A stretch of DNA of 64,000 bases from Lama guanicoe (Eukaryota). Each line of letters begins with the position of its first letter. Within the stretch, counting starts at the first letter, position 1. Position numbers and translations under genes: made by a program. The stretch spans positions 678,018 to 742,017 of the forward strand of contig MU057069.1 of the NCBI GenBank assembly GCA_013239625.1, read 5' to 3'. The notes under the pieces are model-generated. The model saw only the letters and a list, made by a program, of their open reading frames with translations. It was not told where the DNA came from and searched no databases. This document shows, piece by piece, positions 1 to 11,100 of this stretch.

Positions 1-19
1 AAAAAAAAAAAAAAAAGAA

Positions 20-799
20 AAGGGACCCCCTCCTACACTGTTGGTAGAAACGTAAATTGGTGCAGCCATTATGGAAAACAGTATGGAGTTTCCTTAAGAA
101 AATAAAAATAATTACCATATGATCTAGCAGTCTCACTCCTGGACATATATTTGAAGGAAATTCTAACTCAAAAAGATACATGCACCCCAATGTTCACAGC
201 AGCANNNNNNNNNNNNNNNNNNNNNNNNNNNNNNNNNNNNNNNNNNNNNNNNNNNNNNNNNNNNNNNNNNNNNNNNNNNNNNNNNNNNNNNNNNNNNNNN
301 NNNNNNNNNNNNNNNNNNNNNNNNNNNNNNNNNNNNNNNNNNNNNNNNNNNNNGCAGCAATATGGTAGGACCCAGAGGAGATCAAACTAAGCGAAGTAAG
401 TCAGACAGAGAAAGACAAATATCGTATGATATCACTTACATGTGGAACCTAAAAACAATGATACAAATGAACTTACTTACAAAACAGAAATAGACTCACA
501 GACATAGAAAACAAATTTACGGTTACCAAAGAGGAAGGTAGGGGGGAAGCATATATTAGGAGTTTGAGATTAGCAGACACACACGACTGTATATAAAATA
601 GGTAAACAAGATCCTGCTATACAGCACAGGAAACTACATTCAACTTCTTGTAATAGCCTATAATGGAAAAGAATCTGAAAAAGAATATATATATACATAC
701 ACACATACATGTATGTGTGTATGTATGTATAACTGAATCACTATGCTGTACACCTGAAACTAACATAACCTTGTAAATCAACTAGACTTCCAAATAAAA
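20..799 (+). mobile_element. LINE-1 3' end (ORF2 C-terminus and 3'UTR)
   Basis: Typical L1 3' motifs (tacactgttggt...ggaaaacagtatggag; tgcaccccaatgttcacagcagca; atgatatcacttacatgtggaa); ends in caaataaaa. Confidence 0.88.
693..726. repeat. Perfect 34-bp palindrome in an alternating purine-pyrimidine microsatellite
   Basis: ATACATACACACATACA|TGTATGTGTGTATGTAT. Confidence 0.85.
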
Positions 800-807
800 G
801 ATCCAAG

Positions 808-2702
808 TCCTGCAGCCAACAAGCCGGTCGCTCACCTGCACCGTGCGGCTGCAGGGGAACCTGGCCAGTGGGGAGCCGGGGGGAGAGCAGGGATCGGGAA
901 CCTGGGCTGAGCGAGGAGCACGCAGCCGCCTCCGAGTCACCCCCGGAGGACAGGGAGGAAAGGCCAGCAGGGACCAATGCCAACGCGGACGACTCAGCGC
1001 CCCTTCCGTGGCCCAGCTGGCCGGGCGGTTTAGGGGGCAGGCAGCTGCTGCCGAGGACACACTAGCCAGAAAAACAAGAAGGAAACCCCGGTGCTCCATC
1101 TCTCTCTTCTCCCCAAGGCAGAGCTGGGCCAGAATGGGGAGAAGTCACCGCCCAGTGCAAACCAACCTCCTAAAGTCAAGGTGAAGAGCTTGCATCTGTT
1201 GGAGAAGCTTCAGGCCAGTTTAGCCTTTGCTCCAGCGGCCCTGCTTCCTGGGGCCTCACCCATGAGTCCTGGACTCAAGGCCATGGTGTTGCCCTTTCAC
1301 AGCCCGCCAGCTACCCCCAGCAGCCCTGGCGTGCGGTCTCAGGCCAGTGAGCCAAAGGGGTGCCCGTCAGCTCCGGCCAGCCTCCTGGAGGCAGCCGTCT
1401 GCCCTGTCACAATAAGGTGCGGACCAGGGGCTTGATCAAAAGGCGCCCTCCCTCCAGGCAATTCTGAGGGTCCCAGTCCAACTGTGGGAACCTGGGAGAC
1501 TTCGGGGCCATGGAGCCCTCCCAGGAGAATGGTGCCAAGGAAGAGAATGGAGGTGATGTGTTCCCCCCACGAGTCAGGCCTCAGGATCCCCTCCTCCGAG
1601 CAAGACGTCCAGCAGGACAGAGAAGCAGGAGGAGGAGGGCACGGCCACAGAGGAAGGCCCGCAGCGCGAAGAGAAGGCCGGCCAGCATCCAGCCCCAGCC
1701 TGCAACCCCAGCGTCCAGCCCAGGGGCAGAGGGCGGGTGTGGGAGCCCCACGGAGGAGAAAACAGAGGGAAAGCAGACGGAGGAGCCTAGGAGGTGAAGG
1801 AGAGGGCGGCCAGTGAAGAAGCTGAGCCCGGGGAAAGGAGCCAAGACGCAAGAGGCCTGAGGAGGCAGTGTGGGAGAGGAGAGCCCCCTAAAGTCCTCCA
1901 GGGGAGCGGAGGCAGCCCAGCCCCAGACAGAGGAAAGGCAGGGAAAAGCAAGACAAGGGCCGGTCTGGAGCCGGGCTGTGACTCCAGCCCTGGCCAAGCC
2001 CAGCCAGACACCAGCAGTGAGGTCCTGAGACAGAGGGCAACACCCTGCCCAGGACACTAAGACGTGAAGAGGAGCTGACCGTGCTGGTGAGGGAGCTGCT
2101 GGACCGTCTCTTTGGAAGCCAGGGAAGCCTTGGCAGAAGCGGGACGTGCTGAGGGTCAGGGGTCCTCCTGGAGGCACAGGGTGCCATTTCCCCACCTCCG
2201 TGCCGTAGGACAGAGGGTGGATCTGAGCGCAGCAGATTTTTATCAGCTTGAGTTTGTGTCACTTGACGGACTTGGTTTTAAAAAATATATTTTTAAAACA
2301 ATCTACTTTGATGACAAGTCCCCAGGGGTACGGGTCAACCTGGGGGGCCCGGGTGCTCTCCACACCCTCCTCTCCCTGTGGCTGACCTCGGAAGCGGGCT
2401 GGGATTTAGGGAGTCAGATCTGGTTTGGGTAAAGTAAGCACCTTCTGACTAAAGCTTTCACGATTCTCCGATGTAAGTCACAAGTCATTTCAGGTGGCTG
2501 GAAACAAAAGAGAATCACTGGAAACAGAAACCCTGCGCGTCACCGAAGACCTTCAGTTGCACAGAGGCCCCCGAAACAACCCTTTCAGCTGGGTCCACAT
2601 TTGAACTGGCCCAGTAATTTTGAAAACGCTGGACTAGAAGAGATAATTACTGAACTATTAAAAAAAAATGTGTTGGGTCGAGTGAAAAAAAAGAAAAGAA
2701 AG
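808..2702 (+). pseudogene. RCSD1: Processed pseudogene of RCSD1 (CapZ-interacting protein, CapZIP); former CDS 952..2067
   Basis: Intronless pieces in shifting frames: [15 protein letters not shown] / [17 protein letters not shown] / [14 protein letters not shown]...[17 protein letters not shown]...[13 protein letters not shown] / [20 protein letters not shown] / ...QDTKT*. Start codon reads AGG at 952; in-frame TGA at 1465; several frameshifts; ATTAAA at 2657; A-tail ~2685-2702; TSD AAAAGATCCAAG (796-807) / AAGAGATCCAGG (2703-2714). Confidence 0.92.
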
Positions 2703-2949
2703 AAGAGATCCAGGGCTGTGGTGAGAACATCCACAGCTGGTTCAAACAGCCTGTTCAGGCGGGACTCGGCCCGGAGGAACGAGGAGCGACAGTGTCGAGG
2801 CAAGGGCAGAACTTGCCCCCATCTTTCCTAACGTTATTATTAAACGTTTATCTATATTTGTCCATGCATTTACCACTTTGCTCTTTACGATGTCTTGCAT
2901 CTCAGGCTTTCCATCTGATGTTACTTTCCTTCTGCCTGAAGCAAATTCT

Positions 2950-3538
2950 TTTTTTGCTGTCTTTATTTTTATTGAGGTATAGTTGACTTACAATGTCATG
3001 TTGGCTTTTGGTGTACAGCATAGTGATTCGGTTCCACATATATATTCTTTTTCATAATAGGTTATTACAAACTATTGAATGCAGTTCCCTGTGCTGTACA
3101 GTAGGAACCTGTGGTTCATCTGTTCTGTTTATAGTAGTTTGTATCTGCTAATCCCAAACTCCCAATTTATCCCTACCCACCCCGCCCCAGCTCTTTCCCC
3201 TTTGGCAACCACAAGTTTGTTTCTATATCTGTGAATCTCTTTCTGCTTTGTAAATAAGTTCATTTGTCATTTTTTTTTAAGATTCCACATGTAAGTGATA
3301 TCATACGATATTTATTTTTCTCTGTCTGACTTACTTAACTTAGTATGATAATCTTTAGGTCTATCCATGTTGCTGCAAATGGCATTATTTCATCCTTTTT
3401 ATGCCTGAGTACTATTCCATTGTATATACAGCACGTCTTCTTTATCCAGTCATCTTTTGATGGACATTTAGTTGCTTGCCCATCTTGTAAATATGTCTTA
3501 TCTTGGCTATGATCAATGTCTTGGCTGGTGTGAATAGC
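2950..3538 (-). mobile_element. LINE-1 3' end, antisense, inserted into an older L1
   Basis: T-tail then reverse L1 3'UTR; the minus ORF carries KCPSKDDWIKK...DEIMPFAATWIDL; candidate TSD tgaagcaaatt / tgaaacaaatt. Confidence 0.85.
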
Positions 3539-3549
3539 ATGAAACAAAT

Positions 3550-4500
3550 TTGTTAAGAGTATCCTTTAGTAAGTTCTGCTGGTGAAAATTTTTTTCTGAT
3601 TTTGTCTGAAAATGTCTAATTTTGTGTCACCTTTGACATATATGTTTGATGGGTAAAGGATGCCAGGTTGGTGGTTACTTTTTCTAGCACACTGAAGATA
3701 TAATTCCACAGTCCTCTGGCTTCCATCATAACTGTTGAAAAAATCAGCTGCCAAAGTGTCATTCCTTTGAAGGTAATCTATTTCTCCTACCCTCAGCTAG
3801 GTTTAATAATTTTTATTTTTTTTTTGTTTCTTTAAGTATCATTATTCATAACCTAGGTGTGGATTTTTTTCTTTATTTTGTATGGAGTTCATAGTGACTC
3901 TTGAATGGATAGGCTGGTTTTTGTCATCACTTCAGGAAAACTGTCAGCCATTAATTTTTCAAATACTTCCTCTGCTACATTGTCTCTCTTCTCCTGGGGC
4001 TTTGATGAAACACATGGTAAACCTTCTCACTATATTCTCTACGTCTCTAACCCTCCCTTCATTCTGGATATTTTCTTCTGAACTGTCTTCCATTTCACAA
4101 GTTCTCTCTTTAGCTGTAACTCTGCTTACAGACCCATCTACTTGGTTATTAGTTTCAGTTATTTTGTTTTTCAGTTCTAGAATTTCTAGTTGCTTCTTTT
4201 TCACATATGCTCTGTCAGTTTTTGTAGTTTCCAGTTCTCTGCCCAAATTTCCAGTCTTGTTTTTTATATCTTTGACCACAGTAAGCAGAGTTATGCTAAA
4301 ATCTATGTCCAATAATTCTACTATTTGGAGCTCCCATCCCATTTCTATCGCTTGCCATTTCTCTTGGCTCTTCCTCCTAAAACATTGTCTCCGCATGTCT
4401 GATACCTGTGATTGTGTGTCAAATGTTATATTTGAAAAATTGTTTGTGGAAATAATTTGAGACCTTGGGTGTTGATACCTTATTCCAAGAGGATTTTCAC
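3550..4500 (-). mobile_element. Ancient L1/HAL1-like ORF1 remnant
   Basis: Minus ORF 3959..4396 (QLEILELKNKITETNNQVDG...KERTCEMEDSSEENIQNE) resembles the L1 ORF1p coiled coil. Confidence 0.7.
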
Positions 4501-7500
4501 TTGCTTCTATCAGGCTCGTGGAACACTAGCTAGTAGGATTTTCTTGACTTACTTTAGGGATTAAGATTTCCTGGGCCACACAGATGACTTGAAGGTGGGC
4601 TGAGATCCCTGCAGGGCTGGTGCAGCTTTCTCAGACTCCCAGCCCAAAGCAGGCTCTGGGCTCCAACTTTTTCCCTTTAGTCTATGTTGCTATCGAAAGC
4701 ATCACTCAGCTTCTCAGACTCTTCCATGAACAGTGGATGCTCCCAGAGCAGGAGGCCCCAAATGCAGGGCTTAATTCACTGGACTTTGTTTTTCTTCTCT
4801 ATCTTCACCAGGTAATTCTTCATTATCTTCTTATTGCCTCAGTGTCTTTTAATGTTTTGTTCACCCTTTCCAGCTTTCCTTAGCAGGTGGCTGGCTCGTC
4901 CAAATGACCTGTTCCACTGTTATTAGAAGAAATCTCTGTTATGCAAATCTAGGAAATTATTATTGTTATAACCTCCTGACTACCACTTTTGGGTTCCTTT
5001 GATGGGAAAAATGTAATCTAAACTCCCATTTAGCTGTCACGATATAGAAACTACAGTAGAAATAAATTATGTTAAGGCCAAATTGCTTTGGTTCAGGTTT
5101 GATTAAAACTAAAATCAGAAGCCACAGTTTTTTTAGAGATAAATTTTACAAAGTTATTGACACAAATGCTTTTGAGAAGGTAAAACACTGGGTTAAAAAT
5201 TAGCCTTTGGACAGTTAAGGAGAATTTTAAGTTGTATCAATATATATTCTGGATTTTGTTATAAATCCTAGTTTTTATCTGCTTATTAAAAAGTTATAAG
5301 CAGCTTCCTTTTCCTATAATATCAAAAGATTTATTTGAATAGTTTCCTTGAGGTTATGAATGTCTGATATAGAAAACTACATGCGTTAGAATGAATGTTT
5401 GTTATAGGACACTGTTCATTAGCTTTGTAAACAGTGTTTGTCATAGGAGATTAATTTTATTCACTGGCTTTATGATAATTAACTTGCTTATTTTACCTCA
5501 CTGATTTATTGTAATTAATACAACTAGTATAAAAAGACTGTGAGGATTTGCTTAAAATTAGGAACGTAATGAAAGAAATTCCTTCTGGTAAAAATTTGCT
5601 TTCAAATTTTACAAAATTTAAATTTGTTTTACATGTAAATTACAGTGGCTCTAAGAAATTAACTTGGAAATGCAATGCAAAGTATCAGTCACAACTGGGT
5701 ATTTAGGCTAATGTAATATTCTTGTTTATTTTGATATTCTTGTTTTATTTTAATTCTATTCATGTGTGGATCATCAAATTTCAGAAGATTAAATGATAAT
5801 ACCCTTAAAGCTTCCCTAAGAGTATAAAAACTTTAATGGGTGATGAGTCAGAAGGCATCCGCACTGCTAAATACCATTCATCCCCTTATACTCGTCCAAT
5901 AAATAGACATCCCATTCCGAAACACGGAATAAATGGCTGTTAGCAGGAGGTGGAGGGGAAGACTGGAGGAAGTGGTATAAGCAAATTGCTTTGGCATCAG
6001 ACTGACCCTGATTGAAATCATCTCTCTACGCCTTAGGATCCTGTGATAAGTGACCTGAGCCTCAGTAGTCATCATCCCTAAATTGGGGGTAATGATGGGA
6101 GCCACCTCACACTGGCTTGGGGTGGGGGTGGAGAAGGTAAAGGATTACGTGAGATTGTGATTATAAATCACTTAATACTTTGAGAGCACATGATAAGTAC
6201 TTAATAACCACGGCTATTGTTAGCTGCCTGGGAGGCATTCAGGTGTCCTGAGAATAAAGGTAGCTCCAGAATTTCTGCTGGGAGGAGCTGCAGCGCTGTA
6301 GGACCCTGCTTTTACGTTGATTCTACGCAGTTGGAGAGAAAAGGAAGATTTACAGCGACGGGAGCGCTCCCCCCACACCCTTGTGCACTGCTCCTGTCCC
6401 GGAGGTTTTGGGGCATTCTTGCACTCCTCTGTTCCTTTCGTCCCAACCAACAAACCAGTCAACAAATAGAAAACAGCCCTGCCTAGGTGTTTGGACCCGG
6501 AAGGAAAGAGAGGTCACCAGTTTCTTACTCGGTGTGTAGCTGCCCTGCGCTCAGGCCTCGGCTAGATGTCCCTTACGCCTTACACTGACCCAGCAGGGAA
6601 CCCACTGAGACCAGCCCCGATCGTCCTTGATGTCAGCCAGTCTCCCTTTCCAGGGAGAAGGGTCAGGATCCAGGGTTTTATCGGGCACAAATCGCAGTGG
6701 TCCCCCTGCGCCAGGCTGGTGTCCAGCGCACTTCTGACCCCGGGGACGCGGCGCGGATCCCCTGCAGCCTCTGCTGCGCCGGGGAGGACAAGGTCGGATA
6801 GATGTCCACTCTCCGCACCTGCTCAGGTCAGGGACATACTCGAGCGTCCAGAGCCGCGGCCAGTGTCTTCTTCCTGCCCGAACATACTCTCCCCACCCAG
6901 GGAGAGGCTTGACCTTGGCTCTGGAAACGACTCTCTAGGTCTGAAACCCAGGCTCCACCTCCAGTTATGTTGCGACCTTGGGCAGGTTATTTTTCTATGC
7001 CTGGTTTCCCCCATACCAAGATAAACTCCAAGGACTATTACCAGTCTGGAGGGTTTGGCACAGCACCTGCGCACAGTAAATTTCCAATACATATCAGGTG
7101 CGATTGCCTTACATGCCCCCAAACCAAAACAGACCCATCTATTAATCTGCTCTGATTATATACTGTAAGGACCCCAGGTTCCGGTGACTGCCTCGACTGC
7201 AGTCTCAACACTGACACACTGAATCACCTTGGACCAGTCGCCTCCTCTCTGGACCTCAGTTGCTCCGTCCGTCACAGGGCGGGCTTCACTGATTTGAAAA
7301 ACTCAGGCTCCTCCCCCGCAGGAGCGCACGCCTGCAGTGGTCACCCAGCCCCGGGATCAGGGGCCCCAGGGGTGGGAGGCTCGGCACTCTGCTTTAGGGG
7401 CAGAGGAAGGTCGAGGTTCATGGGAAACCGGCATTTGAGCAGGGCTCGTAGGATGACCCACTGGAGTACGCCTGGTAAATCCTGGCGAGGCTTTTATGTG

Positions 7501-7957
7501 GCTGTCCTTTCGGAGCTGAGCGTTGGCAGGAGTCGAGTCCTGAAATGAGCCCACTCTCCTTGTCCACGGCCGAGGTCGCGGTGACCGCGGGGCCCCGGAG
7601 CCTCACGAAGTGGGTGATGGCTCCGAGTCCCTATCCCGAGGCCCGCACCGGGGCCCGCTCGCTGGGAGCGCGGGGTGCGGCTCCTCTGACTGCCGGCGCC
7701 CGGACCACACTCGCGCCAAGGCAGGGCCCCCGACTCGCGGGGCTGCGGCTCGGAGAGGACTGACCTGGGGGGGGGCCGCGCCCGCAGCGCCGGGACACCG
7801 GAAAGTCGCGGGGCCCCGGAGAGTCGCGGGGCCCCGGGCCAGGCGCAGGCGGTGCGCGCGCGTCACGTGGGCGGGTGGGGAGCGCGGCCTGCGCGGCCTC
7901 CCGTGAAGCCCCGCGCGGGGAAGGACCGGAACTCCGGGCGGGCGGCTTGTTGATAAT

Positions 7958-8023
7958 ATGGCGGCGGTGTCGCGAGGAGGCGGCGGGGCCCACACCCGGA
8001 AGAAGGGTCTCTCTTCGGGCTAG
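7958..8023 (+). promoter_or_regulatory. Upstream ORF (21 aa, MAAVSRGGGGAHTRKKGLSSG*) in the probable AKAP10 5'UTR
   Basis: aatATGg (A at -3, G at +4); TAG at 8021-8023, 43 nt before the main ATG. Confidence 0.65.
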
Positions 8024-8066
8024 CGCGGCGGCCGCTGCGGACCCGGAAGTCCGGGTCGGTTGCTGA

Positions 8067-8154
8067 ATGAGGGGAGCCGGGCCCTCCCCGCACCAGTCCC
8101 CCCGCGCCCTCCGCCCCGACCCGGGCCCCGCCATGTCCTTCTTCCGGCGGAAAG
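8067..8154 (+). CDS. AKAP10: AKAP10 coding exon 1
   Basis: ATG at 8067; [29 protein letters not shown]; donor AAAG|gtagcg. Confidence 0.95.
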
Positions 8155-11100
8155 GTAGCGAGGGGCGCGGGCGGTGCGACCGGGCCCGGACCCGGGGGCG
8201 GCGGGCTGCGGGGCCTCGGGGCGGCGGCCCGCCCGGGCTCTGCGGGAGGGACGCGGCCTCCGCGCGGGCGGGCGCTGGGCCCGCTGCCCCGAGGCGTTCG
8301 TGCGCCCCGACCCGCGCGAGGCAGTGCCTTTTTCGTCAGGACAGTTTTCCGGTTGTGCGTGTGTGTGTACGAGAAAAAGGGAATTCCTGCGACTCGTGAG
8401 AATATCGAGGGGTCACTGTGTAAAAGCAACACGTGAAAAAATGTTTTCTTCAGCCGGTGCTGTTTTCCTGTTTCCCCTTTTTTTCCAGTTTCCAGCAGGG
8501 GGATTCTGCTCTTCCTAAAATGACATTGCTTAACTTACGGCTAAAAGTTCCTTGATGAAGGCGACTACTTCTTTTGATGACTTAGCAAGTTTACCACGAA
8601 CTGGAACCCTAACTTTATAAACAGTCTCCTTCTATTCCTGGTTTTCAGTAGTAATAGCTGCCTAGTTTTTAAGTAGAGGCGGCTTTTAAGTAGGGGTACC
8701 TATCCACAGTGAACGAGTGTGGGTCTTTTTTGGATGATAGTGGTTCTTGTATCAATTCTTGTTGCTTCAGAGAAAATCTCCCGGACAAAAACGGGTTTTG
8801 GGAAAAAGACTAAACTAAATCAGGGACTTGGGTTCACGTGACAGCCCTACTACTAACTGTGTCACCTGGGACAGAAAAATGTTAACCCACTTTCCTCTCT
8901 CATCTGAGACTCAGATAATTCCTAAAGGCCCCATTAAACTCTAGAAATTAAAGAATTCCTTTTAAGTACACACAGAGGTTTAGTAACTGAAGCCATGTGA
9001 TGAGTGAATGAAACCTCTCAGAATGAATGAAAACCGCTGTGAATGAATGAAGCCGATATTTTTAACCTTGGTGCAGTTAACAGCCCTTTAATTTGCCTGA
9101 CAGTGTTGAAATGGTTAGTTGGGGGGGGTTGTTTTTTAAAACAGCAAAGACATTCTGTGTATAATGGGGCGAATGGCATGTTGCACAATAGACTGTTGTC
9201 TCTACTTATTAAATACTTTTGAAAGTCTGCTGTTTGCCAGGCACTGTGCTAGGCCCTCACTGCTGAGCACCGAACAAGACACAGTCCCTCTACTCATGGA
9301 GCTTATTGTCTTCTGGGGTAGACAGACAATAAATCTCTCTCTCTCTCTTTACAAATTGAGTAAAGTGTTATGAGAGAGAAGACACATATTTTGGTTTGAT
9401 GTTAGTCAAAGGCCTTAGCAGGTGACCCTGAAACTTAGAGCTGCAGGAACGCAGGAGGTACCATAGAGGCCAAGAAGAGTTTGGAGCCCTTCGGGAAAGA
9501 AAAGAAGCCCAGAGCGACTCGGGCCGGAGAGGAGGACCAGGGTCAGGTGATTCAGAGCTTTGTGGCTCGCGGTTAGGTTTTATTCCAAGTGCAGAGGCAA
9601 TATTACTTTAAAATTTTAGAAGAGGAGTGATTTGATCTTATTTTATGTTTTAAAAAGATCATTCTAGGTGCTTTTTGGAGACTGGATGTGGCAAGAATAG
9701 AAACTGAAGATGGTCCTATTTAGAGATCCCATCCAGTCTCCAAATACCACTTCTAAATACCACATATCTGCTGGTGAGTCCCAAATTCACATCTCCAGCT
9801 TGGATTCTCTGCCCTGAATCCGGACTGTATATCCAACTGCTGGTCCACTTTATACCTCTACCTCGTAGTTGTCTAATAGATCGACTAGTAGATAAATCTT
9901 TAGGTTACTGTATCTGAAATCTAACTTCAGATTTAGTCTTCCCAAACCAGTTCATCAGTTTTTCACAACTCAATAAATTGCATTTCTTGCCTCTTAAAGG
10001 ATTGCTCGGGCTAAAACCTTAGTACATTCTTGAACCTCTCTCTCCTGCTCTAGATCTGATCCATCGACAGGTCGTCGACCCCAGAACATATCTAGATCCG
10101 ACCACTTCTTACCATCCTGCTCTAGACAGTCATCTCTACATAAGCTGGGTGATTAAGGAAGTCCTCTGAGGGGATGTCATTCCAATCTTAAATGTCAAGA
10201 GGAAGCCAGTTTTATATGTAGACCGAGGAAGCAGCATTATGTAGCCCTGGGCTTCAGTTTGGTTTCCCTTCCTCCATCCTTGACCCCTCTGGTATATTTC
10301 AGGCCTGTTATATTGCATTTCTTCTCTTTGTTCATCTCCTGCTCTCTTTCCCTATTAGTCTTCCATTTATACTGGCCTCCTTGTTGTCAAGTACATTCCT
10401 CCTTCAGGGCCTTTGCACTTCTCTCTGTCTGGAAGCCTCTTCCCACAGATACACACCTATTTTGTTCCCCTATCTCCTTCAGGTTTTGGTTAATTGACAT
10501 CTTAGTGAAGCTTTCTCTGACCTTCCTGCTTAGGATTGCAGTCCGCAGCCCAGGCACTCGCCCCCTTGCTGTGCCTTGTTTTTCTCTGCAGCATTTATCA
10601 CTGTCTGCTTTACTGTGTGTTTTGTTAGGATGGAAGCCGATTTTTGTTCATGGCTATATCCCCATGTCTAGATCAGTGCCTGGGATATACTTAGAAATTT
10701 AGTAAATATTTGTTGAATAAGTGAATAAAAATAAGAAAAATATCAGCTAGTAGTATGTGCTGTGCAGGGAGTTTAAACAGTGATGTGGGAGCAGATCCCC
10801 AGGTGACAGTTTGCACTCAGATAGGAAGGGAAAGCTTGTCTGAGAAGGTGGTATTTAAGCCGAGGTCTCAATGAGGAAAGAGCATCAGCCTTGCAGAAAT
10901 AAAAGAAACTACATTCCAGAAAACTGGTAGTGCAAATGTCCTGAGGCAAGGAGGAGCTGGGTTTACTCAAGGATGGAAAGAAGGCTGAAGTTCACTGGGA
11001 GAGGAGGGCGAAGGGGTGTGTTTTGGAGATAGAGATGGCATGACTTGAATTTCAAGAGATTGGAGTGAAGGAAAACTGGGAAGTTTTGGAAAGCTTAGAG

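Larger units (their letters stand above)
7300..8400. promoter_or_regulatory. CpG-island promoter of AKAP10
   Basis: Very high GC and CpG density spanning exon 1. Motifs: ETS/GABP-type CCGGAA (7798, ~7926, ~7996, 8043 CCGGAAGT), E-box GTCACGTG 7862-7869, GC boxes, YY1-like AATATGGCGGC 7955-7965. No obvious TATA box. Confidence 0.9.

Noticed and set aside
205-353. ORFs spanning N-runs (also 31596-31817, 33522-33683 and 33713-33866)
   Set aside because: Artefacts of translating assembly gaps within L1 copies.
741-2432. Many overlapping 60-200 aa ORFs suggesting a novel gene
   Set aside because: The plus-strand ORFs are frameshifted pieces of the RCSD1 retrocopy; the minus-strand ORFs are GC-rich antisense shadows.
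7603-8518. Long Arg/Pro/Gly-rich ORFs on both strands at the promoter
   Set aside because: Expected in a CpG island lacking stop codons; no recognisable protein or splice structure apart from AKAP10 exon 1.
9005-9055. Three spaced GAATGAA units resembling a mini repeat-spacer array
   Set aside because: Short degenerate simple repeat in mammalian intronic DNA; not CRISPR-like.
10045-10130. Cluster of XbaI/BglII/SalI sites resembling a vector polylinker
   Set aside because: It lies within a continuous L2 remnant and there is no other vector sequence.
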